Assembly: GCA_903813345.2 (NCBI GenBank)
Contig: CAIIXF020000001.1
Coordinates: forward strand, 44,516,001-44,580,000
Direction: 5' to 3'
DNA length: 64,000 nt
Source: Owenia fusiformis
Lineage: Eukaryota
Shown here one piece after another: positions 62,127-64,000 of this stretch (the first letter of the stretch is position 1; every line of letters starts with the position of its first letter). Made by a program: the position numbers and the translations under genes. The notes below the pieces were generated by a model, which was not told the origin of the DNA, made no database searches, and saw only the letters and a program-made list of their open reading frames with translations.

Positions 62127-62460
62127 ACTAGAAAACAGCAATTCCAAAGAGTAGCAAATCCCACCGAACAAAAAATGTTTTAATAAATAGTGGCCATCTA
62201 GGTGCCACCTTTGAAAATCAGTGGCCATCTTAAAAATATTTTCTTCAGCAAAGCTCCTTTGACTTAAGACATCAGCATAGTATAGTAGTTGAGTTACGAA
62301 AGATTAACTTTTTTTACGAAAAATGGTGGCCATTTTGAATTGAGCGGCTTTATTGAAAATTGCTTCTCGAGCAGATGCCAGCCGGAATTTGAGTTATCAT
62401 CCAGACAGATGGACAAATGGACGGACAGACGGATGAATGGCTTTCCAATAGGGATTCAAT
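62127..62460 (-). mobile_element. Family B DINE/HINE-like element, reverse copy
   Basis: AACTAG...GAGTAGCAAATCCCACCGAACAAAA mirrors the 3' end of 34087-34866; GGAC/AGAC microsatellite. Confidence 0.6.
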
Positions 62461-63738
62461 ATATTAGTAGTAAAATTGAACATTTTCAAATAGTATGATC
62501 CTACTTTCAACCCGACTTTCACAGTTCAGTCAGTAGCGCGTCAACCTTCAAACTGAATGATGTCCCAGCAGTTTCTGGGTTGGAATCCCGACAGAGATAA
62601 TTATCTTTTTATCTTAGTTTTCTTTTAAACCACAACAGTTACACATTACTGGTTATGTTAGTTCCACTTACACAGGTTCTACTGTGTATTTTTTAATTTC
62701 AAGAGTTTTAAAATAGAGATGAAACTCTTGAATGATTGCGTTTTATCTGACAGTTGGTTGATCTGTTGATTTTCTCAATACATCAAGAATACTGTGCTCA
62801 AGAGTTGGTCTCAATATATTAATAATGTATGTAAGATATAGTTGAATAGAATCTAAGCATTTAGAATGGAACATCACCGACTGTCTGGGAGAAAAACCTC
62901 AAGATGTGGCCTGTTGCACACAAGGATTTTAGCATTTGTCTTCTAAATGGCTGCCAGAAACTAGGTAGCGAATAGATACTTTTTATGGCACATCAGTAAA
63001 AAGCCTAACATCTAGGCAAAATTTGAAGAAAGCAATGTTGGAGATAACTGTCAAATGTACAAACAGATGGACGGACAGACAGACAGATGGACAGACAGAC
63101 AGATAAAAGTGCACCTGGCAATATTGCCCAACACTTTGTGGTTTTGACATAAAAAGGCAATTTCAGCAAGCAATAGAATTAATCATAGTGGCAGATAATA
63201 TAATATATTCATCAAGAGATATGTTTATCAATATCATGGTTGAGTGAAAACAATGTATTAAAAACAATAACATCCCAAAAAATCTTGCAACTGATTGTAC
63301 CTTATTTTTATTACTAATAGACTTGCATATAATGATGAGTTTACCTTTTATTTTATTGCCAGAAAAATAGTAAAGTTTTAGTGCTTATTAAATGCATGAC
63401 TTCCTGCTTAAAAAAAGCTCTATTTAATGCTAATTCGTAATAAGTTAATTCATATTATACTTAAATATTCTCCCTTTTTAAAGGAAAACTTTGCAAAAAT
63501 TTGCTTTACCCTTTATGTTTAGATCCATCAAAATGCAAAACTTAGGCCAGTTATACTTATAAAATAACTAATAAAAAATCAATAGTATATAAACTGTTTT
63601 AGCTAAACAAATAGAAAACATTTGGATATATACACCTTTAAGGGATCTTCTGGCCTTATCTTAGTTATATGTTTATTTTTAATTGTGATGTTTACCTCTG
63701 TTTTATGCAAAGTATTATAATTAACATGAACGAAATTC

Positions 63739-63803
63739 CATAAAAAGGTACATTGGTTGTAATTATTTCACATAATTATCAGAAGTTAGGAAGAATGAAC
63801 AAG
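63739..63803 (+). promoter_or_regulatory. Promoter and non-coding first exon of a probable third CBM14-VWA paralog (gene continues beyond window)
   Basis: About 63630-63890 aligns by eye with 54740-55060 (CATAAAAA vs TATAAATA; CAGAAGTT...ACAAG|GTAAGG); 63150-63290 aligns with 54080-54250. Confidence 0.6.
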
Positions 63804-64000
63804 GTAAGGAACATAGAATCCGTATAATTTAATTGTACATAGATGAGAGAACATTTTGTTGGAATGAGAATAAAGCATAAAGTGTTATGAAACTATGCTT
63901 TAATATTATTTACATAACAAATAGGTAATTTTTTGTAAAAATTCCTTTTTACTTCCATGAAAAAGAAATATATATTGTATGTAAGTATTAACACTCTACT

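Overview
AT-rich, intron-containing animal DNA, probably a marine invertebrate (lophotrochozoan-like; the organism is an inference). Spliced genes were rebuilt by hand from GT-AG boundaries and reading-frame phase. (1) A complete 4-coding-exon clan-2 cytochrome P450 on the minus strand (35-2598) that lacks the I-helix catalytic Thr and the WxxxR motif. It appears to sit inside an intron of (2) YEATS2, of which only the last 5 exons are present (plus strand, 4021-6489). (3) A complete DCLK3-type doublecortin kinase (plus strand, 13904-32009) with two DCX domains, two extra phase-compatible upstream exons and RFX X-box-like motifs. (4) The 3' (BAR) half of SNX4 (minus strand, 36973-44131); no PX-domain exons were found in the window. 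(5) A tandem cluster of small secreted proteins (signal peptide + 6-Cys CBM14-like module + one VWA domain): two complete genes plus the promoter and first exon of a third, apparently antisense inside one large SNX4 intron. Introns and intergenic DNA hold many non-autonomous DNA transposons: Tc1/mariner-type MITEs, a mariner relic, a 9-bp-TSD element carrying a tRNA-Ala-like sequence, a Transib-like MITE, and DINE/HINE-like elements. There are also several minisatellites. No prokaryotic features or CRISPR arrays were seen.
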